Assembly: GCA_040954595.2 (NCBI GenBank)
Contig: CM082593.2
Coordinates: 10,491,477 to 10,555,476 of the forward strand
DNA: 64,000 nt
Direction: 5' to 3'
Source: Balanoglossus misakiensis
Taxonomy: Eukaryota > Animalia > Hemichordata
Part shown: positions 12,444-26,580 of the stretch, one piece after another
Numbering within the stretch: position 1 is the first letter of the stretch
Layout of the letters: each line of letters opens with the position of its first letter
Notes under the pieces: model-generated
The model's database searches: none
What the model was told of the DNA's origin: nothing
The model's input: the letters and a program-made list of their open reading frames with translations, nothing else
Program-made: the position numbers and the translations under genes

Positions 12444-13779
12444 TTAATTGTCTCTGCTGATGCCAGAGATTGAAAAAGAATCCTACAAGTTAGGATTTTC
12501 AGAAACAATGATAGCTATTTCTATTACTGTTTGTAAACAAAAATGTGATGTTCACCGCCTTGTTTTCAGAAAAGTATTTACATAAATGTTTTTCCATAGA
12601 GTTAACACAGACATTGGCAGCCATCTTGAATTTCAAAAACTGCAACAATATCTCCAATGCAACAAATCTGCAAATTGTACTATTTGACACCTGACTTAGG
12701 TCAAGGGGTTTCAGAGATGATGACTACTCTTCAGACTCAGACAAAATAATAATGCAATATTCAGCGGAATTTCAAAAGCATTGACTAAGATCACCAAGGG
12801 ACAATTCATACCAAAGATCAAAACAATTAGACGTACCTATTTTAAAGATCATTATGAAAACTTTACAGATTCGGTTATAATGTAAATAAAAGTAGATCAC
12901 CCCTGTGGACATGGCAATCAGACATGCATATTCTGACAAGATTTTTTGTTTGTACAAAAAGGCAACTGTCTCCAAAATACAAAATTACAGATTATGTCAT
13001 ATACCTCAGGGAGATCAATACTAAATTTCAGAGAAAATTTCCCCCCAAATATGCAAATTTCACCATATTTTGAAGAAACAACTTGTGTCATACCTAGAAA
13101 CCTGCATAGTCAAAGTAATCTACGAGCTTAGCTTTTTTCTTCCAAAAACAGCAAAAAACTTGTTCCAAACTACAAATATGCAGAATTCAACACAATTTGA
13201 ACACACATTACTTCGCCACCCCAAGAAACCTGCACACCAATTTTAAAAGCACTTGCGCCAGTGATTTCAGAAAAGAAAAATGTTGACAGACATAGGATGA
13301 CTGAACATCTATCTACCTGTCAGATAACTTTTGCAGTGCTGAGAGCAGAGCTAGAGATTGGTGTTGTCTTTTTACATTTTAAATCATCACACTTTGCTAC
13401 TCAAAGCTACTATTCTGCTATGCTTGAGAAATGACTTGGGACCATTTTTGGCAAACAATAGTCACTAATCTTCCTCAGTTTATAGTACAATGTACCTACA
13501 CTGTTTTAGTAATGTACTGAAAATGTTCAGACTATTTCTTGTGTCTGCATATGTCTTTAGTACAGAAGAATAATCTATCCGGTTGTCATTTCTCTGTTTA
13601 TTCAGAAATAAACTAGTCTGGGTTGCAACAGTAAAAATTTTAAAATATTCATACCCTTTCTGAAGGATGTTCAAAACCAATACCTATGTGAAGCATTATA
13701 TCAAATTTGCTGGGTAACTGTGGATTTATAACTTTTGCTAATTACAGTGCTAACTCACACTGGATGATTCGACGGTAAT

Positions 13780-14410
13780 TTTAGATTCATATGAAGATTT
13801 TTTACCAATAATGTTGAAAAATACAAACAAATGCATCAAAAATAGAAAATCAAAATTAGCTCAAAACATACAGGACTGTATGAGGTAGGCATAAGGTACT
13901 TGCATACCAATTTCCAAATCAATCTGACCAGCAGTTGTTGAATTTTGCGAGTTTTGACCAATTTCACATTTTCCAGCTAATTTGCATATATTTGGTAATG
14001 ACATTTTCATGTTAACAAACTCCAATCTACAGCCCAGCCTGCATCTGCACACCAAATATCGAGGTGATATGCACAACGGTTTTCAAGTTTTAGATGTGGA
14101 CGGACATACAGACATACATCCATACAAACAGACAGACATACTGTAAAACACTTTATTTTCGCGAGCAATTAATTTTCGCCAAATACGCGAGAGCCAAAAT
14201 AACGTGAAAATAAAAAGTCGCGTAAATTGTTTTTGAAGATAACGATGCAGTGAATGAAATAAGAGAACGCGAAAATTAATACTCGCGAAACAGTGGCCTC
14301 TCTCGATATCGCGAAAAATTTAACTCGCGAAAATACAGTACATCCATACATAAATACAGACGCAACTGATTCCATAAGGCCCATGGTACATACCATATGG
14401 GACCTAAAAA
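13780..14410 (+). mobile_element. HINE/DINE-like element 3' portion
   Basis: Core repeat, then a (CAYA/GACA) microsatellite, then the terminal hairpin AGGCCCAT...ATGGGACCT and an A-run. Confidence 0.7.
14141..14338. mobile_element. TA-flanked MITE with CGCGAA sub-repeats, nested in the HINE microsatellite
   Basis: TA-CTGTA...TACAG-TA. TTTTCGCG motifs on the left mirror CGCGAAAA motifs on the right. Confidence 0.8.
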
Positions 14411-14634
14411 CTGCAGAAGCTACACAAAACATTAATACTGAAAACATGGCAAACAGTTGTTGCTAACGGGGTTTTAAATCTCCCTTATAGATATTTTTGA
14501 ACTCCCAATTTATGATTATTGACTGTTTGATTGATTAGATGTTGCACAAATGATAGTATTATCAAAGTAAATAATATCTGTGAGAAATTTCTTTTCATAT
14601 TTATTTGAATATGGATAGGGTAAGATGGGGGTTA

Positions 14635-16932
14635 AACAAAACTACATTTGTTCAAAAGTGGCAAAAACACAAATATGCAAAAATCACTATAATTGTACAC
14701 CATCTTACTTAAATCACTACAAGGAACATTCCTGTCAAAGTTCAAAGCAATCTGACAAGCGCTTTCAGACACAGCGAATTTGATAACCATCTACAAATAT
14801 ATTTTTATTTTTTAAACAATTCTTTTACAACACCTTACTTGGGTTACCCCCCTAGGAATCTGCATTCTGAGCAAAAATTACAAAATTGCTCAAAATTATA
14901 AATATACCAATTTCACAACAATTTGCAATTTGAACAAAAACTATGGCTTTCAGAAAGGAAGATTTTTCTTTACCAATAATGCAGTAAAAGACAAAACAAT
15001 AAAAATAGAAAATTCATAATATTAGCTCAAAACAAAACATACAGGACTGTATGGCATTTATTGACATTTATAAGAATATGGACAGGGTATGATAGGGGGG
15101 GGGAATTATAAATTCCAAGGGGGTCATCAATTTTTTGTCATAGCTTTTTGGGGCCATAGAAAAAATAACCTAAAAAGTAGGAAATCCTACGTCCCCCTAA
15201 GCTTTCATTCTGGCCAACAACTTTTTATGAAGGCTTCTGCAGTTGTTAAAAACAGATTGCCTGCTATGTTAGACTATCAATCTATAGAGGGGATGAAAAA
15301 TGTCCTTTTGTCAAGTGTCTGGATTTTGATAACTTCAACAGGTAAAAATATATTTGTAGATGTTTATCAAATTCGCTATGTCTGAAACAGTATGCTTGCA
15401 AATGTATTAATATAGTCAGATAATATGAATAGTGAAGATAGCAAAACAAACAGGTTTATGCTTATAGCCATAACTTCTATTAGTGATGTACATGTTGTAC
15501 TTAGCAAATAATTGTTATGATCAACTTGGTTTTTATTGCACAAGATCTTTTTATTGCATCCATGTTTCGTTTCATTCTGGATAATAGTCTGTCTAAATAA
15601 GTTAACAGGCTTGATGAGGGTTATTTTAAACAGTGTTCTCAAAAAACATGCAATGTCATGCCCTATATTTATAAAGTTGAGGAGAGGTTGTATTCCTAGC
15701 AGGATGTTGAAATCATTGGAGGACAAACCCTGCCAGTACCAAAAGTTGCTGGGTGTTATAAATGTTTGAGTAACCCCCCCCCCCCCCCCCTTCCCCAATA
15801 ACACAATATATACTAAAACATTTTTACAACATCTTACTCAGTTTACCCTTAGGAATATGCCTACCAAATCAATCTGGCATGCAGTTTTAAAGAAAAAAAA
15901 AATGACCAAAAGTGGCAAAAATTGCTCAAAATTAAAATATGCAAATTTTTCAACAATTTGAACAAAACTTTGGTTACTCAGACAACCATTAGAAGCTTCA
16001 TACTAAAATTCAAAGAATGAGGCCTATAACTTTAAGAAATGATGATTTCTTTACCAATAATGTGGAATAATACAAAAAATGCATAAAAGATTTTTGGCAT
16101 AAAAAATTAAAAATCGATCATATTAGCTCAAAACATACAGGACTGTTTGAGGTAGACATAAGGTACATGCATACTGATTTTCAAATGAATGTGACCAGTG
16201 GTTGTTGAGTTTGAGTTTTGACCAATTTCACATTTTCCTAGCTAATTTGCATATTTTTGGCAATGACAGCTTCATTTGAACAAACTCCAATCTTCAGCCT
16301 GGCCTGCATCTACACACCAAATATCGAGGTCATATGCCCAGCGGTTTTCAAGTTTGTGATGTGGACGGACATACAGACATACATACATACATCCACCGAT
16401 ATCATAAGGTCCCATGGTAAAGCAAATGGGACCTTACAAAACTATGATAACTCAGATCACCTATGAAGCTTCATACTAAATTTCAAATAAGTCAGCTGAT
16501 CAATTCCAGAAAAGCAGATTTTCTACCGATAATGTGGAAAGAGACAAAAAATACATAAAAAATCGAAAATTCACATTACCTCACAACATATAGAACTGTG
16601 TGAGGTTAACATAACTTACAGGAATACCAATTTTCAATTTTGAAAGCAATTTGCTCAGTAGTTGTCGAGTTCCCGAGTTTGGACGAATTTGACACTTTCC
16701 CAGCTAATTTGCATATTTTGGCAATGACAACTTCATTTTGACAACTCCCACTTAATGCCCTGCCTGCATCTCCACACTAAATATCAAGGTCACATGCCAG
16801 TGGTTTCCAAGTGTTTGATATTGATAGACATACAGACAAACATCCATACAGACATCCATATATACAGGTGCAACTGATCCCATAAGGTCCCATGGTATAA
16901 ATACATATACCTGCACCAAATGGGACCTAATA
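14635..16932 (+). mobile_element. Tandem HINE/DINE-like elements
   Basis: Core repeats, CAYA microsatellites and GGTCCCAT...ATGGGACC terminal hairpins at ~16405-16433 and ~16885-16930. Confidence 0.7.
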
Positions 16933-17627
16933 ATTCTGATAAAATGCCTACATAGTAAGTTTAAAAACCAATTGTACCTTCAACGTCCTTGGACAACAAT
17001 GGCTAATATTACTTGCCAAGGGCGACTAGAATTTTGGGGGCCTGATGCAATTCTGATACATGTACTTCATGATTTAGAGATATTGTGAAAATCCTGTCAA
17101 CCGAATTACAGGGAAATCAGATTTTCCATGTAAAATCATATCACCCAAAAATGTCAAGTGTCGAAAATAATTTTGAAACAAAAAGTCTACTCAAAATCAT
17201 ACCAAAATTTAAATTTTAAAGCAGTACGTTAGGCAAGCAATTTGAGAATGAAGAAACTTACAAAAAAATTATAAATTGAAAATAACTTACAAATGCCGTA
17301 CACAAACTTACAATCACTACCATATTACTGTACAAGTTAAAAGGACATTGTACCAGCAGAGACATTGCGATCGAGCAATCCCCAAGATATACATGACATG
17401 GTCTAATTACAAATATTGAATATGTAAAATAGGTACACAACACTTCCATTCTTTCAGTACAGTCAGCTGCTTGTTAACAATAGGCATGTAGCTATTTCAT
17501 CAAATTTACAGCCCAAGTCATGCCTATACAATTCTCCCTTAAGCTACCCTAAGTGAGTGATGAAAATCTCATATGGTCGACAATTGATGGCCGATTTTTG
17601 CCATGTTAAAGAAATGGGAGTTCATAA

Positions 17628-18411
17628 GGCTGCATTCACAAACACCTCTGGAGAGGGGGGGGGGGCAGGAGAATTGAGCGGGGGGGGGGGGGATTTGAAA
17701 AATTGAAGGTATGTAAGGGGGGATTTGAAATAATTTAGGGACTGAAAGGGGGGACTTGAAAACTTTGACGACTAAATATTTATTTTGAGTCCACAAAAAT
17801 GCAGTTTCGCGCCCTTTATTTTACACCCCCTCCCACACCCACCCCCCTCCATTCATCAACACCTTTCAATCATTAACTGGTTTATCTAGTGTCCCATGTC
17901 AGGGGACTTGCCCCCACCCCATGATAACTTTGAGCGGCGACGGTTAAATTTATCCTCCCCAACATACTGGTAGTTGAGTTAATTTGCTTTTGCCGGGTTC
18001 ATAAAAATGCAGCTTTGAGCTCTGTATTTTATAAAATTTTCTTACGTGGGAGGGGGACACCCCTTCCCACACCCACCCCCTTCAATTCCCGGTTTACAAT
18101 GTCTCCCAACACAGAATACAAATACTTAAAAAATAAAAACCATGTTCAGTTTTAATACCCACTGATGAGGGGAAACATCAGTTTCAAAGTCTTTTCATGG
18201 GAGCGCTGTTTTTCTTTTTTACAAGATAGATAAGTGATGTGTTTTGCTCTGTGAAAGAAAATGGGGGGGGGGATTTTAAAATTTTGGCAGTTCAGAAGGG
18301 GGTGGGGGATTTGAAAATATTTCGGGTTGTGTACAGGGGGGGGGCATGTGAAAATTAGCAGTAAAAAAATTGAATTCTCCCCCCCATCCAGAGGTGTTTG
18401 TGAATGGAGCC
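17628..18411. mobile_element. PIF/Harbinger (Tourist-like) MITE
   Basis: TIR GGCTGCATTCACAAACACCTCTGGA / TCCAGAGGTGTTTGTGAATGGAGCC with a TAA TSD. The empty site GTTCATAAGCTAAA is at ~24921. Confidence 0.92.
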
Positions 18412-18845
18412 TAAGCTAAAGCTAAAGTGATAATGGGTCATAACAGACAAAATAACAAAATGTGAAAAACATTTAATGAGTTTAATATGCTAACTACGGA
18501 GACAGACATGTTTGACCAAAGCATGAAATACACAAAATGTATCATTTCTTCCACCTCTTACTACAGTGGGTTGTAGACTTTTCGCCCAGAATGCAATGTG
18601 ATTTGACCCCCTAGCGCAAAGTGAAAACCTATTTAAGGCAGCCAGAATTTTCTGCATAGTATGACGGAAACATTTGTAAAGTCATGGCTAGCGTGGGCTG
18701 GTAAGTTTATATGGGGCTCTCCATGATAACCAGTTGTGGCTTAATACCACCACCATAATTTTGAAAGGGCGACTTCACTATTTGATGGGAAAAGGTAGCC
18801 TTTACAAACAAGCTATGGAGCATGTATACAGCAAGTTGTGCTTAC

Positions 18846-18918
18846 CGGAAAGCGGTCTTGGATCAGGCCTAGGTATTCTCTTCCTCCTCCGGCATACGTT
18901 GAAATGCTGTGTTTAAGA
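18846..18918 (-). other. Putative 73-nt exon 'A' (copy 1), probably non-coding
   Basis: Minus strand reads TTTGATTCACAG|exon|GTAAGC. It is identical to 25582-25654 while the flanking introns have diverged. Confidence 0.6.
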
Positions 18919-20095
18919 CTGTGAATCAAATATATGCTTATCAATTAGTAACCAATCAACCTTGCTCTAGAATTATTTGGGCCATACTAATTAGTGAAAA
19001 TATGCAAAACATGGTATAATATAGGGTCAGACTGTGCTGCGATAATGTACGTGGAATACGAATCAGAGAAATCTGTAACAGCGATCTTGAAACTCCATTT
19101 ACATCAGAACTGCAGTAAAGTGGTCCACATGGGTATACCACAAACATGGCAGTTAGGTGACAAGTGAAACTGACATCATATCTGTAAACGACAGGTGTAC
19201 ACACACTTTGACATCTACGTAACACTGTACAATGATTTCTTAATGTTTGTTGTGAAAATGAAACTTACATTTGATCCACCTCACTTTTCATACAACTGGT
19301 TAGCGCAAGAATGTAAATTGTTGGCAATTATAAAACATTTATTTTACTATAGAAAAGTAAGCCTTTACATTTAAACTTTGAATATCAGTATACTAAAATG
19401 TTTCAAACGTGGCTGTCAGTATATCTCATGGCATGGTGGCAGAAGTACATGTTGTTACCAGGGAAGACACATTGAACATAGACAAGCGCACTAGTCGCTT
19501 GGTGATTTTTCATCTAGATTCTCAAAACTTTCTGTGCATTTGGTAGCTTTGAGCAAGTTTCTGGTACTGAGCTGAGTTTCGAATTTGGAACTGGGCTGCT
19601 TTGGCTTTGATTACCATGGGCCAATATGATCTTATGCACACATTTTTGAAAAAAACTCCAGCCTGTTTGTGTCGTGATCTATATTTTTCTTTGTGGCCTA
19701 AGGTATTGTTTTATTTCACTATAAACAACATTACTTTCCTTCATGTGTCTATATATAATAATAGATCTCTTAGCCAGTTTGATGAAGCATAGTGTTGGAC
19801 TAGCACACTTTCAGCCAAAATTACGGTATCTCCCCGTGTATTGGTATGGGAGTAATTTCTAGCTATATGGTTAAGGAAATGCATCCAAATTTAATTTATG
19901 CTTCACATGAAGATTTGAACTTGACCATTTAATTCATGTCATCACGATCATATCACAGGCAACCGAGGCTAGAATTCGAAGGAAAAAAGTATTGATAACT
20001 GGAAGGTGTAAATTAGTTCGTAGACATACATTGTTTCCTATTGTTTCGGTTGTGCCACGCCCGATAAAAGCAAATATACAGCAAGTCATGCTTAC

Positions 20096-20170
20096 CATTG
20101 AGCGGTCTTAAACTCGCCCCAGACGAGGAAGAGAATCCCGAGTTGAAATGCAGACAATTTCAGGCAGCAT
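20096..20170 (-). other. Putative 75-nt exon 'B' (copy 1), probably non-coding
   Basis: TTTGATTCACAG|exon|GTAAGC. Its splice-site flanks are homologous to those of exon A. Confidence 0.6.
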
Positions 20171-20659
20171 CTGTGAATCAAATAGATATAGAAGTTAGTA
20201 ACCAGTCATAGTAGCTCTAAGTTGGGTGTAAAAGTCTAAGTTGGGTGTACTAACTCTCCTTGTTAACAGTAACTTTCAAAGAAACTGAGCAATTGGTTAA
20301 AAAGATTTGCTATCCAAAAACAAAGAAATTTACAACAAACTACCTAAATATTGACAACCAGAATTTAATCAAAGTTGCACATACATGTACATGTGTTATG
20401 AAATTGTTAACTAACTTCCAAAGCAATCAGGAACCAGATATTAACTGAATATGCTCACGTGCAGTACTGTGATTGGTTGACAGAATAACAAGATTAAAAA
20501 AACCAGTTTTAAACCATTTTGGTTTATAGTGTATATGGTGTAAGGGTTGTGTGTTGCACCATTGTGAAATGTAAACATGTTTGTGGAATTGTTGCCTTGT
20601 CAATTTTTGTAAGGGGTTATGAGTCATGTACCCCATCCTGAACTGCATAAAAATAATAA

Positions 20660-21590
20660 GTCTATGGAATTCTAAAACTCTTTGATCAAAAATGGCAAGA
20701 AATATACCAAAAAGTATGAATATTTCACCAGATTTCAACAAATCTGATTTCTGTTCATGCCTAAGAACCTCTTTAACAAGTTTCAATAAGGTAGACATTT
20801 TGGCAAACAACAGGAAATTCAGACAAATCTGACTGATATCACATATATGAATTCCCATTCAAAGTTTCCAACCAATTGGACTTGTGGTATTACCGAAGAC
20901 TATTTGGCCAAACCCTGCAGAAATTCCCAAAAAATACAATTATGCAAATTTCATTACAATTTGATCATATCTGACTGAGATCACCCCTAGAAACCCAAAT
21001 ACAAAGTATCAAAACAATTGCACCTACATTTCACAGGAATGGATTTTTTGGCAAAAACAGGAAATATTGCCCAAAAATGCATTTTTGCAAATTTCACCAC
21101 CGTTTGCACAAATGTGATTCAGGTAAGCCCTATGAACCTCCATACCAAGTTTCCAATCAATTGGACATGTAATTTCAGAGAAAATTTTTTTTTAACAAAA
21201 CTGCAGAAAATTCCCCCAAAAATTCATAAAAAATAGGAAACGCCAGATACTGACTCCACCTGAACAAAATCATACGAGGTCTTCCCAAAGTACTTGCACA
21301 CCAATGCACGCCAATTTTTAACTTAATCTGATCCGCTGTTATTAAGTTTTTCAATTTTGACTATTTGAACATTTTTCCAGTTAATACCAGTATGCATTTT
21401 TTCGCAATAACAATTTCTATGTACACACTAAATATCAGTAGTTTCAATTTTTTGATGTTGATGGACATACACATACATACATCAATACATTAAGACGAAA
21501 CTGATCCATTCACAAAATACATAATTCTGTATGAGGCACACATACAGACATACATAGCCGACGGACACCAACTTATGCTATAAGCTGACA
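20660..21590 (+). mobile_element. Degenerate HINE-like element
   Basis: Core repeats followed by a CAYA microsatellite. Confidence 0.5.
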
Positions 21591-22549
21591 TTTATATACA
21601 TGTTAGCCAAAAACCAAAATCAACCTCAAAATAGACATTAAAATATATTGCACCACCATGAGAAGACAAATTCATTTTTTGACAAATTTTCTGGGGCGTC
21701 ATTGATATAGCATGGCATATTGTCAAAGTACGTAGGCTCTGTGATAAGATTCCATACACACAAAATGGTAACCTTGGAAGTCCAGCTGACGTACTTATGC
21801 AATGGCGTCTCGTGTATTCCGTCGCCAAAAAATCATCGTAAACTAATTGATAGTCGGGGTCACAATTCAAGACGACTTTCTCTAAATTCTTTATGAATGG
21901 ATTAAATCGAAATCGAAATGTTGACGTATGACGTACGGAATGAGATCTGAACAGACATTCAATGTTATCATTCTCGCTCGATCACATATTGGGTAGGCCA
22001 TCTAGCAATCGCTATATAGTATTGGCGATAACAGACTGTCTATAAACACACAAAACGGATTTTACTGTTGAGTGTGATCAACCGCCATGTTATTTTTCTC
22101 TGAACAATAGACAAATAGAAAGCCTGGTGACATTTTGAGATTGACTGCGTGAGGACCACAATATGCGTGAATCATTTACGGATTGTCTTGATGAATGGGT
22201 CACGTCATAGTCATAACGCGGATTCGGCTGCACGCCAACTATCCGCCATATTGTCTCCACTAACTTACTCGTAAGTAGTTTCAAACTTCATTTGAAAAGA
22301 GTATTCGTCTGACGGTCCTGTAGATTAACAATTTACGCTCTATGAAGCAACTAAACAACGTTAGCTTCCTTGTGGATTCACGTAGGGAAGTTATTCGTAA
22401 CGACGGGTACAGCGTCTGAGCATGGACAGAACCACGGCAATATCGCCAGGAATGTCTCATTTCACAGCGCCCTCAAACAGTCGATCTCCTCAAACTATCG
22501 TTTCCACTGGTCATATATGCAGCATTAACGAAAGCTCTCATAGACAACC

Positions 22550-22766
22550 ATGTAATAGAAAAATTAAAACTTTAATAACTTCATTAATATCAAAGCCACA
22601 CCCACCAAAACCTTTCCAGTTCTTGCCATATGATATCTGAACCTGTGTACTAAATTTGGTTGAAATCGGTTCAGCGGTTCTTGAGATATCGGGTATACAG
22701 ACAGACACACACATACACAGACATCGCTAAACTATAAGCTCACGTGATTTTCAGGTGAGCTAAAAA
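22550..22766 (+). mobile_element. HINE/Helentron-like 3' end (different subfamily)
   Basis: AAATTTGGTTGAAATCGGTTCAGCGG, ACAG/ACAC microsatellite, hairpin AGCTCAC...GTGAGCT, then AAAAA. Confidence 0.7.
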
Positions 22767-25581
22767 TTGGGTTACCCCTAGGAATATTCCTACCATATTT
22801 CAAAGCCATCAAAAAAGCAGTTTCAAAGAAAAACACATTTGTTCAAAAGTGGCAAAAACACAAATATGCAAACATCTCTATAATTGTACACCATCTTACT
22901 TCAATCACTACAAGGAACATTCCTGCCAAAATTCAAAGCAATCTGACAAGGGTTTGAACGGTTTAACATTAAACAGTTTTTGACAAAGATTGCAAAAAAT
23001 ATCCCCAATAACACAAGCACGCAGTTTTAACCATTTTTATGACATCTTCCTTGGGTTACCCCTGGGAATCTGCCTACCAAATTGCAAAGCATTCTGACCA
23101 TAATTGGCAAAATTGCTCAAAATTATAAATATGCCTATTTTACAACAATCTGAACAAAAAATATGGTAACTCGGACCACCCATAGGAAGCTTCATACTAA
23201 ATTTCGAAGGAGTCGGACTATCGCTTTCAGAAGTGAAGATTTTTTTTTACCAATAATGTGGAAAAAGACAAAAAAAATTAATAAACATTAGAAAATTCAT
23301 AATATTAGCTCACAACATACAGGACTGTATGGGGTTCATTGACATACCAATCTGACCAGTGGTTGTCAAGTTTCTGACTTTTGACCAATTTCACATTTAC
23401 ACAGGTAATATTTTGGCAATGACAATTTAATTTGAACAAAATCCCATCTACAGCCCCGCCTGCATCTACACACTAAATATGGAAGTGATATGCCCAGCGG
23501 TTTTCATCCATTCACTCATACATACAAATGCAACTGATTCCATAAGGTCCCAATCGTATATATGTACATAAACCAAATGGGACCTAAAAATTGCTCCAAA
23601 ATTATAAATACGCAATTTTTGGCAACAATTTAAACAAAACTATGGTTGGTAACTCAGATCACCTATGAAGCTTCATAATAAATTTCAAACAAGTCAGCTG
23701 ATCAATTCCAGAAAAGTAGGTTTTTACCGACAATGTGGAAAGAGACAAAAAAAATGCTTAAAAATAGAAAATTCACATTATTAGCTCACAACATGTAGAA
23801 TTGTGAGAGGATACCATAAGGTACATGCATACCAATTATCAATTTTGAAAGCAATTTGCCCAGTAGTTGTTGAGTTCCCAAGTTTTGACGAATTTGACAC
23901 TTTCCCAGCTAATTTGCATATTTTGGCAATGACAACTTCACTTAGACAAACTCCCATCTACTGCCCTGTCTGCACATTAAATATCAAGGTGAAATGCCAG
24001 TAGTTTCCAAATGTTTGATGTTGATGGACATACAAACATCCATACATACAGGTGCAACTGATCCCGTAAGGTACCATGGTATAAATACATATACCAAATG
24101 GGACCTAATAATTCTGATAAAATGCGTACATACGTACATACATACAAGTCAGCAATAAGGAGACGGGATAGTGGGCTGGCACTGAGTGTCTATTTCTATT
24201 GCAAATTATAAACATGCAGCAAGTGTAAAAACCACATGTACCTTCAACGTCCTTGGACAACACATTTTTGTAACTTTCCCAGATCAATGGCTAATATTAC
24301 TTGCCAAAGGCGACTAGAATTTTGGGGGCCTGATGCAAGTCTGATACATGTACTTCATGATTTAGAGATATGATGAAAATCCTGTCAACCGAATTACAGG
24401 GAAATCAGATTTTCCATGTAAAATCATATCACCCAAAAGTGTCAAAAATAATTTTGAAACAAAAAGTCTACTCAAAATCATACCAAAATTTAAATGTTAA
24501 TGCAGTACGTTAGGCAAGCAATTTGAGAATGAAGAAACTTACAAAATAATTTATAAATTGTAAATAATTTACAAATGCCGCACACAAACTTACAATTACT
24601 ACCATATTACTGAACATGTTAAAAGGACATTGTACCAGCAGAGACATTGTGATCGAGCAATCCCCAAGATATACATGACATGGTCTAATTACAAATATTG
24701 AATATGTAAAATATGTACACAACACTTCCAGTCTTACAGTACAGTCAGCTGCTTGTGAACAATAGTCATGTAGCTATTTCATCAAATTTACAGCCCAAGT
24801 CTTGCCTATACAATTCTCCCTACTTTAAACACGTTTTAAGCTACCCAAAATGAGTGATGAAAATCTCATACGGTCGATAATTTCAAGATGGCCGATTTTT
24901 GCCATGTTAAAGAAATGGGAGTTCATAAGCTAAAATGATGATGGGTCATTCTTGAACTTTTTAACAGAAAAAATAGCAAAAGTGAAAAAAAGTTTAATAT
25001 GCTAACTACCGAGACAGAAATGTTTGACCGAAGGAAGTCATGAAATACAGTAAACATATCATTTCTTCTATCTCTTACTACAGTTGGTTATGGACTTTCC
25101 GCCCAGAATGCAATGAGATTTGACACCTAGCGCAAAGTGAAAAACCTATTTAAGGCAGCCAGAATTTTCTGCATAGTATGACGGAAACATTTGTAAAGTC
25201 ATGGCTAGCATGGGTTGGCAGGTTTATGGGACCCGCTCAGGTTCCCTCGAATAACACATAATGCATGATTGGTGACTGATTATTGTTTATTTGTTGATTT
25301 TGTCACATTTTCAGAAAAATCCCTATCAATCAGTCATATTTGTTTGGCCTTGCTATACAGCGCAATATGAATCTTGTTGACTGAAATTGTTGAGGATAGT
25401 GGTACATAAAGGTTACCAATTGGAAAATATTAAAATGATTATTAGTGGTGTCCAACTCTTCATGATAACCAGTTGTGGCTTGCCACCACCATAATTTTAA
25501 AAGGGTGACTTCACTATTTGATGGGAAAAGGTAGCATTTACAAACAAGCTATGGAGCATGTATACAGCAAGGTGTGCTTAC

Positions 25582-25654
25582 CGGAAAGCGGTCTTGGATC
25601 AGGCCTAGGTATTCTCTTCCTCCTCCGGCATACGTTGAAATGCTGTGTTTAAGA
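25582..25654 (-). other. Putative exon A' (copy 2)
   Basis: Identical to exon A, with canonical AG and GT sites. Confidence 0.6.
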
Positions 25655-25992
25655 CTGTGAATCAAATATATGCAAATATTAATTAGTAACCAATCAACCT
25701 TGCTTTAGAATTATGTGGGCCATACAAATTAGTGAAAATATGCAAAACATGGTATAATATAGGGTCAGAAAAAATTTCCAGCCTGTTTGTGTCATGATTT
25801 ACATTTTTCTTTCTGGCCTAAAGTATTGTTTTATTTCACTCTAAACAACATTACTTTCCTTCATGCGTCTAATATAATAACAGATCTCTTAGCCAGTTTG
25901 ATTAAGCATAGTGTTGGACTAGCACACGTTCAGCCAAAGTTAAAGTATCTCCCTGTGTATTGATATGGGAGTAATTTTAGCTATATGGTTAA

Positions 25993-26339
25993 AGGGACAA
26001 AGTCTCTCTGTCGCTGTCCTTTTTCCATTAATTATGTTTGATACAAGACACTGTTTATGTCAATGTACATTTGGATATATAGTGAATAAATGATCAACCA
26101 CACAAAACTTCCATCCCGCTTGTATGATATGAGAGTAAAAACTCGCCCAAAATGAATAAATGGTAAAGAACGATTATTCATTTTGGCGAGTATTTTTACT
26201 CTCGTGTCTACAAGTGGGACGGAAGTTGTGTGTGGCTGAACGTTCATTCACTATATATCTACATGTAGAATAACAAACGGTGTCTTGTATCAAATATAAT
26301 TAATGGAAAAAAGGGCAGCGAGAGAGAGACTTTGTCCCT
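25993..26339. mobile_element. Palindromic Kolobok-like (T2-type) MITE
   Basis: TTAA-AGGGACAAAGTC...GACTTTGTCCCT-TTAA, foldback along its whole length. The empty site GGTTAAGGAAATGC is at ~19870. Confidence 0.93.
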
Positions 26340-26580
26340 TTAAGGAAATGCATCCACATTTATTTTATGCTCCACGTGAAGATTTGAACTTGTGAGTTGT
26401 CCATCTAATTCATGACATCACGATCATATCACAAGCAATCGAGGCCAGAATTCGAAGGGGAAAAACAGGTACGTTGTATTGAAAGCTGGAATATGTAAAT
26501 TAGTTCGTAGACATACATTTCTTCCTATTGTTTCGGTTGCAACACCCGATAAAAGCAAATATAAAGCAAGTCATGCTTAC

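Larger units (their letters stand above)
14635..20220. repeat. Tandem segmental duplication, copy 1
   Basis: Colinear similarity (roughly 90% by eye) to 22830-26703, e.g. 14640/22832, 16450/23652, 17000/24290, 18720/25460, 20090/26576. The copies differ by large indels. Confidence 0.92.

Noticed and set aside
12695-12745. Minus-strand CTGAAGA...GAAAC motif
   Set aside because: Stems I and II do not pair convincingly.
15085-15792. ~700-bp segment bounded by a G-run and a C-run inside a HINE
   Set aside because: Probably an insertion, but no TIR or TSD could be defined, and its ORFs have no recognisable motifs.
18160-18186. CTGATGA...GAAAC hammerhead-like core
   Set aside because: No stem II. 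It is a simple ACTGATG/CATCAGT hairpin inside the Harbinger MITE.
19800-19945. Possible intronic C/D-box snoRNA between exons B and A
   Set aside because: Box-like words are present on the minus strand, but I saw no terminal stem or recognisable rRNA guide sequence.
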